Assembly: GCA_046541875.1 (NCBI GenBank)
Contig: JBKHCL010000002.1
Span: 3,811 to 67,810, forward strand
Direction: 5' to 3'
Length of the DNA: 64,000 bases
Source of the DNA: Phycisphaerae bacterium
Lineage (GTDB): Bacteria; Planctomycetota; Phycisphaerae; SM23-33
Shown here: piece by piece, positions 1-8,571 of the stretch
Layout of the letters: every line of letters starts with the position of its first letter
Position numbering within the stretch: position 1 is the first letter of the stretch
Program-made: the position numbers and the translations under genes
The notes under the pieces: model-generated
The model's input: only the letters and a program-made list of their open reading frames with translations
Databases searched by the model: none
What the model was told of the DNA's origin: nothing

Positions 1-3
1 GGC

Positions 4-2463
4 TTGCCCGATCGCTACGTGAACTCGCAGATGAACGGGGTTCGCCTTCCGACGGCCGACGCCGAAAAACGGGCGGTGCAACTGGACCAGTTTCCTTCGG
101 ACGTGATCGAGAGCGTGCAGGTCAGCAAGACGTTCACACCGGATCAGCAGGGGGACGCCTCGGGGGGGGCGGTAAACGTGGTGCTCAAGGGCATTCCCGA
201 GGAGTCTATCCTTGGTTTCAGCATCGGCTATTCGGTCAATACACAGGTTCTTGAGAATCGCGACAGGTTCCTCACTGACAAAGGGGGTGGGGTCAATGTC
301 TGGGGGCTTAACAAAGGTCGTGAAGTCCAGACGCAAAGGATAGGAGAGAGTTGGACCGGCGCAGCGGGCGGAACGCCTGTTACGGCGCCTCATGAATACA
401 GTTGGTCACTGTCTGCCGGCGGAAGGCATGCGTTCGCGAACGGCCTTATCCTCGGAGCATTCGGAAATTTTCACTACGACAGGGGGGCGTCATATTCCGG
501 GGATGGTTTCGACGACCGCTATTGGGTTGAGGACCAGGACACCAAAGAGATTGTGCCCAAGGTCACCGGTTCAGAGGGCGAACGACGATCATCGCTCTAT
601 GACATTCGTCGAGCCTCGGAGTCCGTCCAGTGGGGAGGGCTTGGCGTCCTGGGTTTGGAGTTTGAGGACCAGGCACTGACTCTGGCCTACATGCGAACGC
701 AAAACACTGCGAATGAGGTCACGATTGCGGAGGACACACGAGGAAAAGAGTTGGAATATCCGGGATACGATCCAACAGATCCAATGCACCCGGGTAACCA
801 AGAGGGCGACGACCTCCCTTATCTTCGTACCGAGTCAATTGTCTACACCGAACGCGTCACCGAGACCTTTCAGCTCAGTGGATCTCATACACTGCCTACC
901 CCAGAGATCGGGATCGGTTTTCCCCATCTGGGAGTTGACGAGTTCCTCACGTTTCTGTCACCAGAGATACGGTGGGTGTACGCGAAAAGTCAAGCATCGA
1001 CGGATGAGCCGGACAAGAGGCTGTTTGGTGAGCGGTGGATTGGCCCAAGAGACGTGATGGGTTTTTTCGTGATTCCGTCCACGCACATGCAATACAAGCC
1101 GTCGGCAAACATCAATATGGGAAACCTGCAGCGAATCTGGAAAGACATCTCGGAAACCAGCGACCAGTATTCTCTGGGCCTGAAGATCCCGTTTCGTCAG
1201 TGGACGGGACATGAGGGGTATATGAAGTTTGGTGTCTTCCGGGATGAGGTGCATCGTGAGTACAATCAGGAATCCTACACAAATGCGGCGGACACGGGTG
1301 TTGACTCAGACTGGGAGGCCCCGTGGAATCAGCGTTGGAGCCAGGTATTTCCGCAGCAGGTACACCCGATCCAATCGGTCGAGCTTGATGTAGATTATAT
1401 TGGCGAACAAGAGATATCAGCCTGGTATCATATGATCGATATTCCATTGTGCAGGTCCGTGAAAGTATTGGGTGGAGCTCGCTATGAGTCGACGTCTCTT
1501 GTTATGGTGAATGATGCAGAAGAGAATGTGACGTGGTTCCCACCTGAGGGGGGAATAAAGACCCTTGAACCCGGCGAAGCAGACGTCGCATTCGAGCAGG
1601 ATGACGTACTGCCTTCGATTGGGGTTGTGATAACGCCGTTCGACCAGATCACGATCCGGGCGTCGCGGTCGGAAACCGTGGCGAGGCAGACGTTCAAGGA
1701 ACTGTCTCCTATCCTGCAGGCCGAGTATCTCGGGGCGGACGTGTTCGTCGGCAATCCCAACCTTAAAATGAGTTCATTGACCAACACGGACCTTCGGTTT
1801 GACTATCGCCCCTCACAAACAAGCCAGAGTCTTATCTCGGTATCGTGGTTCAAGAAAGACGTGGTGGATCCAATTGAGTATATTCAGCGATACCAGAGTG
1901 TCCTGTATACCACGCCCTTGAACTATCCGGAGGGCTCGCTGACCGGTTGGGAATTCGAAGTGCGCAAGGATCTTGGTGAAATTCATGAGGCCCTTACGGG
2001 ACTTGTCCTGGGAGGAAATGCAACATTCATACAGTCAGAAGTGACGCTGGCGAAGGAGGAACAGGAAAGGTTGGCGGCGGATAACGTCAAGGCACCCATG
2101 GTGAGTCGAGATATGATGAATGCTCCCGAACACCTGTACAATTTATATATGACCTATGACGCCAAGGAACTTGGCACCAAGGTCGGGCTCTTCTATACCG
2201 TCCGGGGGGATACGCTTGTAGCCGGGGCCGGTCAGTCCAGCGGGAACTTCATTCCCAACGTCTACGAGACGGAGTATGGCACGTTGAACTTCACGTTGTC
2301 CCAGAAGCTCAACGACCACTGGACGCTCAAATTCAAGGCCAAGAACCTCCTGAATCCGAAGATTCAGACGGTATATCGGTCCGAGTACATTGGCGATGAC
2401 GTGGTGCGCAGCTCGTACCGCAAAGGAATCGACTTCTCGGTGAGTCTCGGGGCGGAGTGGTAG
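4..2463 (+). CDS. TonB-dependent outer-membrane receptor, C-terminal portion (5' end truncated by window edge)
   Basis: ORF runs from the window edge. It has a plug/beta-barrel-like composition and ends ...SLGAEW, the aromatic C-terminus typical of TBDT barrels. It sits immediately upstream of an ExbB/ExbD/TonB operon. Confidence 0.7.
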   Translation: MPDRYVNSQMNGVRLPTADAEKRAVQLDQFPSDVIESVQVSKTFTPDQQGDASGGAVNVVLKGIPEESILGFSIGYSVNTQVLENRDRFLTDKGGGVNVWGLNKGREVQTQRIGESWTGAAGGTPVTAPHEYSWSLSAGGRHAFANGLILGAFGNFHYDRGASYSGDGFDDRYWVEDQDTKEIVPKVTGSEGERRSSLYDIRRASESVQWGGLGVLGLEFEDQALTLAYMRTQNTANEVTIAEDTRGKELEYPGYDPTDPMHPGNQEGDDLPYLRTESIVYTERVTETFQLSGSHTLPTPEIGIGFPHLGVDEFLTFLSPEIRWVYAKSQASTDEPDKRLFGERWIGPRDVMGFFVIPSTHMQYKPSANINMGNLQRIWKDISETSDQYSLGLKIPFRQWTGHEGYMKFGVFRDEVHREYNQESYTNAADTGVDSDWEAPWNQRWSQVFPQQVHPIQSVELDVDYIGEQEISAWYHMIDIPLCRSVKVLGGARYESTSLVMVNDAEENVTWFPPEGGIKTLEPGEADVAFEQDDVLPSIGVVITPFDQITIRASRSETVARQTFKELSPILQAEYLGADVFVGNPNLKMSSLTNTDLRFDYRPSQTSQSLISVSWFKKDVVDPIEYIQRYQSVLYTTPLNYPEGSLTGWEFEVRKDLGEIHEALTGLVLGGNATFIQSEVTLAKEEQERLAADNVKAPMVSRDMMNAPEHLYNLYMTYDAKELGTKVGLFYTVRGDTLVAGAGQSSGNFIPNVYETEYGTLNFTLSQKLNDHWTLKFKAKNLLNPKIQTVYRSEYIGDDVVRSSYRKGIDFSVSLGAEW

Positions 2464-2506
2464 TCCGAGGCAGCATCAGCGCGGAGAACCCCGCAGGAAG
2501 CCAAGC

Positions 2507-3358
2507 ATGAAGGAAGCAGAAATGGAATCAAAGTCGCAATGGATATCCCGGCCACACCGGATCGGGCTGGTCGTGACGGGCGCAGCGCTGGTGGTCTGCC
2601 TGCTGGGTTCGGGGGCGCTGCTGGCCGAGAAGGACTCCGGCCAGGAGCAATTGGGCACCACGCGCGAGGCCTTGCGGAAGTGGGTAGACACGCGAAAGAC
2701 CATCTCGCGGACCAAGCACGATCTCGATGAGACCGTGCAGATGCTCAAGGAGCGGATCGGGGTGGTTCGGGGCGAAGTCCAGTCTCTCAAGCGCAAGACG
2801 GAAGAATCCCGATCCGTCATCGCCGAGCAGGAGAAGAAGCGCGATGAGCTCAAGGCCCGCCTGGAGACGCTCGCCGGCGCTGCCGACTCGCTCAAGCCCA
2901 CCATCGAAACGCTCGAGAATCGCACCGTTGCGCTTCTCGATCGGCTGCCCGCCCACGTTCGCGAGGACCGGATGATCTCCACGTTGAGCAAGACCTTCCG
3001 GGGCGATCCGAACGACCCGAATGGCGTCAAGAAGGGTTCGTTGTCTCAGCGGTTTCAGAACGTCGTGGGCGTGTTGAACAAGCTCAATGAGCTCAGTCGC
3101 GAGATCAAGGTTCTTCCTCAGCGGGTGCTGCTTCCGGATGGCAGGGAGGCCGAGGTGCAGGCCGTCTTCCTTGGTTTCGGACAGGCGTACTATCTGGGCG
3201 GTCGTGGCAAGACCGCTGGAATCGGACGGCTTTCGGATGACGGAAAGTGGACGTGGGTGCCGGCCAACGAGTCGGCCGAGGAGATCGCCCGCGTGATGGC
3301 CATCCTGGAAGACGAAAAGCCCGCCGCATTCGTGCAGGTTCCCATCGAGATCAAATAG
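2507..3358 (+). CDS. Coiled-coil periplasmic protein, DUF3450/TtpB-like
   Basis: N-terminal hydrophobic segment followed by long heptad-like coiled coil. This is the usual position upstream of the long MotA/TolQ/ExbB paralog in TonB2-type clusters. Confidence 0.55.
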   Translation: MKEAEMESKSQWISRPHRIGLVVTGAALVVCLLGSGALLAEKDSGQEQLGTTREALRKWVDTRKTISRTKHDLDETVQMLKERIGVVRGEVQSLKRKTEESRSVIAEQEKKRDELKARLETLAGAADSLKPTIETLENRTVALLDRLPAHVREDRMISTLSKTFRGDPNDPNGVKKGSLSQRFQNVVGVLNKLNELSREIKVLPQRVLLPDGREAEVQAVFLGFGQAYYLGGRGKTAGIGRLSDDGKWTWVPANESAEEIARVMAILEDEKPAAFVQVPIEIK

Positions 3359-3376
3359 GCAGGAAGAGACACCCCC

Positions 3377-5107
3377 ATGAAACGGAAGATCGTACTGTTG
3401 TTGTTGATTCTGTCGGCTGGTCCGCTGGTGCTTCTCGCCCAGGAGGCTGACCCTGCCGAGCAAGGTCAGAAACTCACGGACGTCGCCGAGGTCGATCCGA
3501 ATGTGGACCTCTCCGACGCCAACGGAGCCGAGATGGATCCCAACGCCGTGGCGGACCCGAACGCCCCCCGGGAGCGAGAGGATTCCGGCGTGCAGTTTCG
3601 CCGGGCGGCCAATCGGATCCACCAACAGCTGCGTGAGGCGCTGGCCGAGCTGGACGCCCTCAATCAGCACGCCAAAGAGGTGAAGATCCCCCTCAGCAGA
3701 AAGCTCAATGAGCTTCAGGCCGAGCTGAAAGCCGCCCGCAAGGAGAACCTGCAGGCCGCCCGACTGGAAGGCGACCGGAAGCTCGAGGTCAGCAACCTCG
3801 AATCGAAGATCGCCGCGCGGAAGGAAGAGGCCGCCTACCTCACCAACCTCATGGGCGAATACGTCCGCAATCTCGAATCGGTCCTGCATGTGGCTGAGAA
3901 GCAGAGGTACGCCGACCCGATCGAGGCCGTCAAGCAGGCGGCCGACAGTGAGAATCTCCCCCAGCACGAGGTGTACACAACCCAGGCGGACTTCCTGGTG
4001 CAGACCATCGATCGCCTGGACGAGACGCTGGGGGGTTCTCGCTTCAAAGGCGAGGTGCTGGATGCCAACGGCATCGTGAAGACCGGCACGATCGCCATGG
4101 TTGGCCCGGTGGCGATGTTCCGGTCCACCGATGGGAACGTCGTGGGCAGCGTCGAGCAGAAGCTCGGCTCGGAGCAACCTGCGGTCCTGGCCTACAGCGA
4201 CCCGGCCCACCGTAAAGCCGCCTCCGAGGTCGTCAAGACCGGGCGGGGCACGTTCCCGTTCGACCCGTCACTGGGCAACGCCCGGAAGATCGAGGAAACC
4301 CAGGATACGATCCTGGAGCACATCAGCAAGGGCGGGCCGGTCATGTACCCCATTCTCGGGATGGCCGGTGCGGCAATGCTGGTGGTGCTCTTCAAGTGGG
4401 TCACCCTGATGATGACGCCCACGCCCCGCCGCCGGCAGGTCGACGCGCTGCTGCAGACCGTCTCGCGCGGCGACCAGAGCGGCGCCCGCGAACTGGTCGA
4501 GCGGATTCGCGGGCCGATCGGGCAGATGCTGAAAGTCGGCGTCCAACACCTTCGCGAACCGCGTGAGCTGATCGAAGAGGTGATGTACGAAACCATCCTG
4601 TCCACGAAGCTCAAGCTCCAGCGCCTGCTGCCGTTCGTGGCGATCGCGGCTGCCTCGGCCCCGCTGCTGGGCCTGCTGGGTACGGTGACGGGCATTATCA
4701 ACACCTTCCGCATGATCCGGGTTCACGGGGCCGGCGACGTCAAGTCGCTCTCTGGCGGCATTTCCGAAGCCCTGATAACCACGGAGTTCGGGCTCATCGT
4801 GGCCATTCCGTCGCTGCTGCTTCACGCCTTCCTGTCGCGGAAGGCCAAGGGCATGAGCAACGAGATGGAAAAGACGGCCGTCGAGTTCGTCAACCAGGTG
4901 AGCAAGTCCGATATCACCTCCCGCAATGCGGTGATGGCAGCCGACGCGTCCGAGGTTCTCCCGGGCGACGACTCGGCAAAAACCGAGGGCTCCGACCGGA
5001 CGCCGCCGCCCGCTCCCAAGCAAGCATCGGCCGAGGACAAGGACGCCGGGGAGCAAGAGGACTCGACAGACAAACAGGATGATTCGACCCATGAGGAAGA
5101 CCGGTAG
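3377..5107 (+). CDS. Long MotA/TolQ/ExbB-family proton-channel protein with large N-terminal periplasmic coiled-coil domain (TtpC-like)
   Basis: Signal-like N-terminus. C-terminal MotA/ExbB signature segments LLGLLGTVTGIINTF and GISEALITTEFGLIVAIP. Confidence 0.8.
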   Translation: MKRKIVLLLLILSAGPLVLLAQEADPAEQGQKLTDVAEVDPNVDLSDANGAEMDPNAVADPNAPREREDSGVQFRRAANRIHQQLREALAELDALNQHAKEVKIPLSRKLNELQAELKAARKENLQAARLEGDRKLEVSNLESKIAARKEEAAYLTNLMGEYVRNLESVLHVAEKQRYADPIEAVKQAADSENLPQHEVYTTQADFLVQTIDRLDETLGGSRFKGEVLDANGIVKTGTIAMVGPVAMFRSTDGNVVGSVEQKLGSEQPAVLAYSDPAHRKAASEVVKTGRGTFPFDPSLGNARKIEETQDTILEHISKGGPVMYPILGMAGAAMLVVLFKWVTLMMTPTPRRRQVDALLQTVSRGDQSGARELVERIRGPIGQMLKVGVQHLREPRELIEEVMYETILSTKLKLQRLLPFVAIAAASAPLLGLLGTVTGIINTFRMIRVHGAGDVKSLSGGISEALITTEFGLIVAIPSLLLHAFLSRKAKGMSNEMEKTAVEFVNQVSKSDITSRNAVMAADASEVLPGDDSAKTEGSDRTPPPAPKQASAEDKDAGEQEDSTDKQDDSTHEEDR

Positions 5108-5119
5108 CGAGCGATCGGG

Positions 5120-5779
5120 ATGGACGCACTGACCCAGGAAATCACCAAACTGTTCGAACAGGCCGTCGGGCTTTGGCTCATGGGCGGCTGGGCGATGATC
5201 CCCATTGCGATCAACGCGCTGGTGATGTTCGCGCTGTCGGTGACGGTCTATCTCCGCCTGCGGGAGACCGGGTTTCGCTCGGTCCGCGAGAAGACCTGGC
5301 GGGGATGGATCGATCGCCCCCAGGAGCGTCGCGGGCCCGTCGGTGAACTGTTGGACTTCGCGATGGGCGCCCAGACGCTGAAGGACATCGAGATTAACTT
5401 TGAGGAAATCCGGGCCACCGAGATCGCCCCGTTCCAGCGCGACCTGCGCGTGGTTCGCATCTGCGTTGCCGCCGCTCCGCTGCTGGGGCTGCTGGGCACG
5501 GTGACGGGCATTCTGGCGACGTTCGATGCCCTCTCGAAGGGCTCGGGTGGTGAGCAGACCATGGGCATGATCGCCGCCGGGATTTCCGAGGCGCTGGTGA
5601 CCACCGAGACCGGGCTGATGATCGCCATTCCGGGTCTGTTCCTCCAGCACGTGCTGTCCCGGAACACCGAGCGGTACAGGGCGTTCCTGGCCCACCTGGA
5701 GACCGTCTGCACGCAGACCGTTTACCAGCGACTGAAACAGCGAAACCGTACTGCCGACGTGTCGGCCGGGACGCGGTGA
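5120..5779 (+). CDS. exbB: ExbB/TolQ biopolymer transport protein
   Basis: Three-TM MotA/TolQ/ExbB motifs LLGLLGTVTGILATF and GISEALVTTETGLMIAIP. 219 aa. Confidence 0.85.
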   Translation: MDALTQEITKLFEQAVGLWLMGGWAMIPIAINALVMFALSVTVYLRLRETGFRSVREKTWRGWIDRPQERRGPVGELLDFAMGAQTLKDIEINFEEIRATEIAPFQRDLRVVRICVAAAPLLGLLGTVTGILATFDALSKGSGGEQTMGMIAAGISEALVTTETGLMIAIPGLFLQHVLSRNTERYRAFLAHLETVCTQTVYQRLKQRNRTADVSAGTR

Positions 5780-5807
5780 TTCAAGAACCTTACGCAGAGG
5801 AAGCCTG

Positions 5808-6218
5808 ATGGGACGCTTTCGGCAATCGACAGACGATGAATCCGACTCGGGCGGGATTGATATTTCCCCGCTGATGGACGTCGTGTTCATTCTGCTGATC
5901 TTCTTCATCGTGACCACGACGTTCGTGGAGGAGACCGGCGTGGAGGTGGACAAGCCCCAGGCAGCGTCCAGCCAGATGCTCGAGAAGACCAGCATCATGA
6001 TCGCCATCACCACCGACGGTGAGGTCATTTACGGCGGGCGGAAGATCGGCCTGGGCGGCGTTCAGCCGTTGGTGAAACGCGAACTGGCGAAGGAAGAAGT
6101 CCCGGTCATCGTGCAGGCCGACCAGGCGGTTCCCTCGGGGCTGATGGTGCAGGTGATCGACGAGGCCAAGCGAGGCGGCGCCCGGAAGGTGAGCATTGCC
6201 ACCAGGAAGGGCGAGTGA
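5808..6218 (+). CDS. exbD: ExbD/TolR biopolymer transport protein
   Basis: 136 aa with single N-terminal TM helix (PLMDVVFILLIFFIV), typical of ExbD. Confidence 0.85.
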   Translation: MGRFRQSTDDESDSGGIDISPLMDVVFILLIFFIVTTTFVEETGVEVDKPQAASSQMLEKTSIMIAITTDGEVIYGGRKIGLGGVQPLVKRELAKEEVPVIVQADQAVPSGLMVQVIDEAKRGGARKVSIATRKGE

Positions 6219-6221
6219 CCC

Positions 6222-6896
6222 ATGAATCACAGGAAGAGACGCTCCATAGGCCGTTCGATTTTCTACCGCTTCCTGGCGGTGGTCGGGGCGGTTGCGCTGA
6301 CGCTGGCGTTCTTCCTGTTGCTTCCGGTCATGCAGCATATCCAGGATGCGATGGACGACGATGACATGATCGTCCGGGAGGTAGCGACCGCCGAGATCGA
6401 GCCGCCCCCTGAAATCGAGGAAGAGGAAGAACCCCCGCCCGAGGAAGAACCCAAGGAAGAGCCCAAGCTGGACACCCAGCCTCAGCCGGCGTCGCTGGCG
6501 GAGCTGGATCTCGCACTGGGCGACGGAATGGGCGCCGGGACCGGGGCCGGGCAACTGAAGATCGACGTGGCGGATATGCAGACCGTCGCCGGCGACGGTG
6601 GAGCCGAGCTGTTCAGCATGGCCGACCTCGATCAGAAGCCCCGACCGGTGTTTCAGCCCAGCCCACGCGTTTCGGGCAAGCTGCGACGTCGCACACCCGC
6701 GACGGTATATGTGATTTTCATTGTCGACGAGAACGGCCGCGTCGTTCAGCCCAAAGTGCAACGGTCCACAGACCCCGCCTTCGAACGACCCGCGTTGAAC
6801 GCGATCAAACGGTGGCGATTTGAACCCGGCAAGCGGGGCGGCGAGCCCGTCCGGTTCCGCATGCGTGTCCCTATTACTTTCCCGAAATCCAGATAG
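6222..6896 (+). CDS. tonB: TonB energy transducer
   Basis: N-terminal TM anchor, Pro/Glu/Lys-rich spacer (EIEPPPEIEEEEEPPPEEEPKEEPK), C-terminal TonB domain. The start overlaps the exbD stop. Confidence 0.8.
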   Translation: MNHRKRRSIGRSIFYRFLAVVGAVALTLAFFLLLPVMQHIQDAMDDDDMIVREVATAEIEPPPEIEEEEEPPPEEEPKEEPKLDTQPQPASLAELDLALGDGMGAGTGAGQLKIDVADMQTVAGDGGAELFSMADLDQKPRPVFQPSPRVSGKLRRRTPATVYVIFIVDENGRVVQPKVQRSTDPAFERPALNAIKRWRFEPGKRGGEPVRFRMRVPITFPKSR

Positions 6897-6898
6897 CT

Positions 6899-8518
6899 AT
6901 GAGCCCATTGAGAGTGCGACGTTCTGATAATGTGTCCTGTTCAGCGGCCGGGTCGATCGGTGCATCGGCGCCTCGGCTGGCGTGGTGTCTTGCGGCGCTG
7001 CTGTGCGTGGCGGTGGGGGGGTGTACGCTGACCATCGACGGCGAGCCGGTCGTGGAAGTGTCGGACTTCCTCGCGCTGTCCCAGGAAAAGCCCGAGCCCG
7101 ACGCCAACGAAATCTCGCCCACCAGCGATGAGCTCACCCGGAAGTACCGGCAGTACAAGATGACCGACGCGGAAAAGGCCGCCTGGAGCGACCCGAACTT
7201 CAAACGTCGGTTCGTCGAGAGTTACATCGCCGAGACCGAGGTCGAGCCGCCCCTGCGGGAGATGGAACGCCAGCGCGTCGCCGAGATCTTGCCATTGATG
7301 GAAGATGGCGAGCTCGACCAGGCCGAGAAGCTCCTCCAGCGATACCGCGGCGAGGCCTCCAGCGCCGTGTTCGATTACCTGCTGGGAAACCTGTACTTCC
7401 AGCGGGAGCAGATCGACCAGGCCGTCGCGGCGTACAAGGAGGCCACGAAGAAGTACAGGAAGTTCCGCCGGGCCCATCGAAACCTCGGGCTGATCTACGT
7501 CCGCATCGGCGAGCACGATAAGGCGGTGGCCGCCTTGACCCGGGTGATCGAGCTGGGCGGCGGCGACGCGGTGATGTACGGGTTGCTGGGGTTCTCCTAC
7601 TCGATGACGGAGAAACCGATATCGGCCGAGAGTGCCTACCGGATGGCCATCCTGATGGACCCCGAAACCGTCGACTGGAAACGCGGACTCGCCAGCAGCT
7701 TCTTCCGGCAGAAACGATTCGCCGAAGCGGTGGCCATCTGCGATCGGATCATCCAGGACGACCTGGGCAACGCCGAGATCTGGATGCTCCAGGCCAACGC
7801 GTACATCGGCATGGGCAAGCCCCTCCAGGCGGCTGAGAATTACGAATTCGTCGATCGGTTGGGCAAGAGCAACATCGCAAGCCTCAGCATGCTGGGCGAT
7901 ATCTACATCAACGAGAAACTCTACGAGATGGCCGCCAGTTCGTACGTCCGTGCGATGGAGAGGACGCCTTCGGCAGATACGAAGGATCCCAACGCCCAGG
8001 CGAAGGTCGCCGGGATGCTCGAGCGGAATACCGACCGGATCATCCGGGCGGCGAAAGTGATGGCCGCCCGCGGCGCACTCGATGCCACCGAGACCCTCCT
8101 GCAGACCCTCCGAGAGCAACGGCGGGAGTATCTCGAGAAGGGCGATCGGAAGGACCTGCTCAAACTCGAAGCCCGTATCGCGGTGGCCCGCGGCGCCGAC
8201 GAGAAACAGGTGAAGATTCTTGAAGAAATCGTCCGCCTGGACCCCATGGACGGCGAGGCCCTCATGCTGCTGGGTCGACACTACGCCAACGCGCCGGGAG
8301 ACAAACGGGACATCGAAAAGGCGATCTTCTACTACGAACTGGCGGAGAAGAACGAGAAATTCGAAGCCGACGCCAAGGTGCAGCACGCACAGCTTCTGGT
8401 GCGGGAAGAGGAATACGACAAGGCGATCCCGCTGCTGAAGAGCGCCCAGTCGATCCAGTACCGCGACAACGTGCAGAAGTACCTCGAACAGGTCCAGCGT
8501 ATCGCCAAGCAGCGATAG
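6899..8518 (+). CDS. TPR-repeat lipoprotein (TtpD-like accessory of TonB2-type systems)
   Basis: Lipobox-like CVAVGGC followed by multiple TPR-like repeats. Directly follows tonB with a 2-nt gap. Confidence 0.6.
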   Translation: MSPLRVRRSDNVSCSAAGSIGASAPRLAWCLAALLCVAVGGCTLTIDGEPVVEVSDFLALSQEKPEPDANEISPTSDELTRKYRQYKMTDAEKAAWSDPNFKRRFVESYIAETEVEPPLREMERQRVAEILPLMEDGELDQAEKLLQRYRGEASSAVFDYLLGNLYFQREQIDQAVAAYKEATKKYRKFRRAHRNLGLIYVRIGEHDKAVAALTRVIELGGGDAVMYGLLGFSYSMTEKPISAESAYRMAILMDPETVDWKRGLASSFFRQKRFAEAVAICDRIIQDDLGNAEIWMLQANAYIGMGKPLQAAENYEFVDRLGKSNIASLSMLGDIYINEKLYEMAASSYVRAMERTPSADTKDPNAQAKVAGMLERNTDRIIRAAKVMAARGALDATETLLQTLREQRREYLEKGDRKDLLKLEARIAVARGADEKQVKILEEIVRLDPMDGEALMLLGRHYANAPGDKRDIEKAIFYYELAEKNEKFEADAKVQHAQLLVREEEYDKAIPLLKSAQSIQYRDNVQKYLEQVQRIAKQR

Positions 8519-8571
8519 GCTCAGGCCGACGCCGTCGCGACCGGCGACGGTGGGAACGGGAGGTCAGTGAC

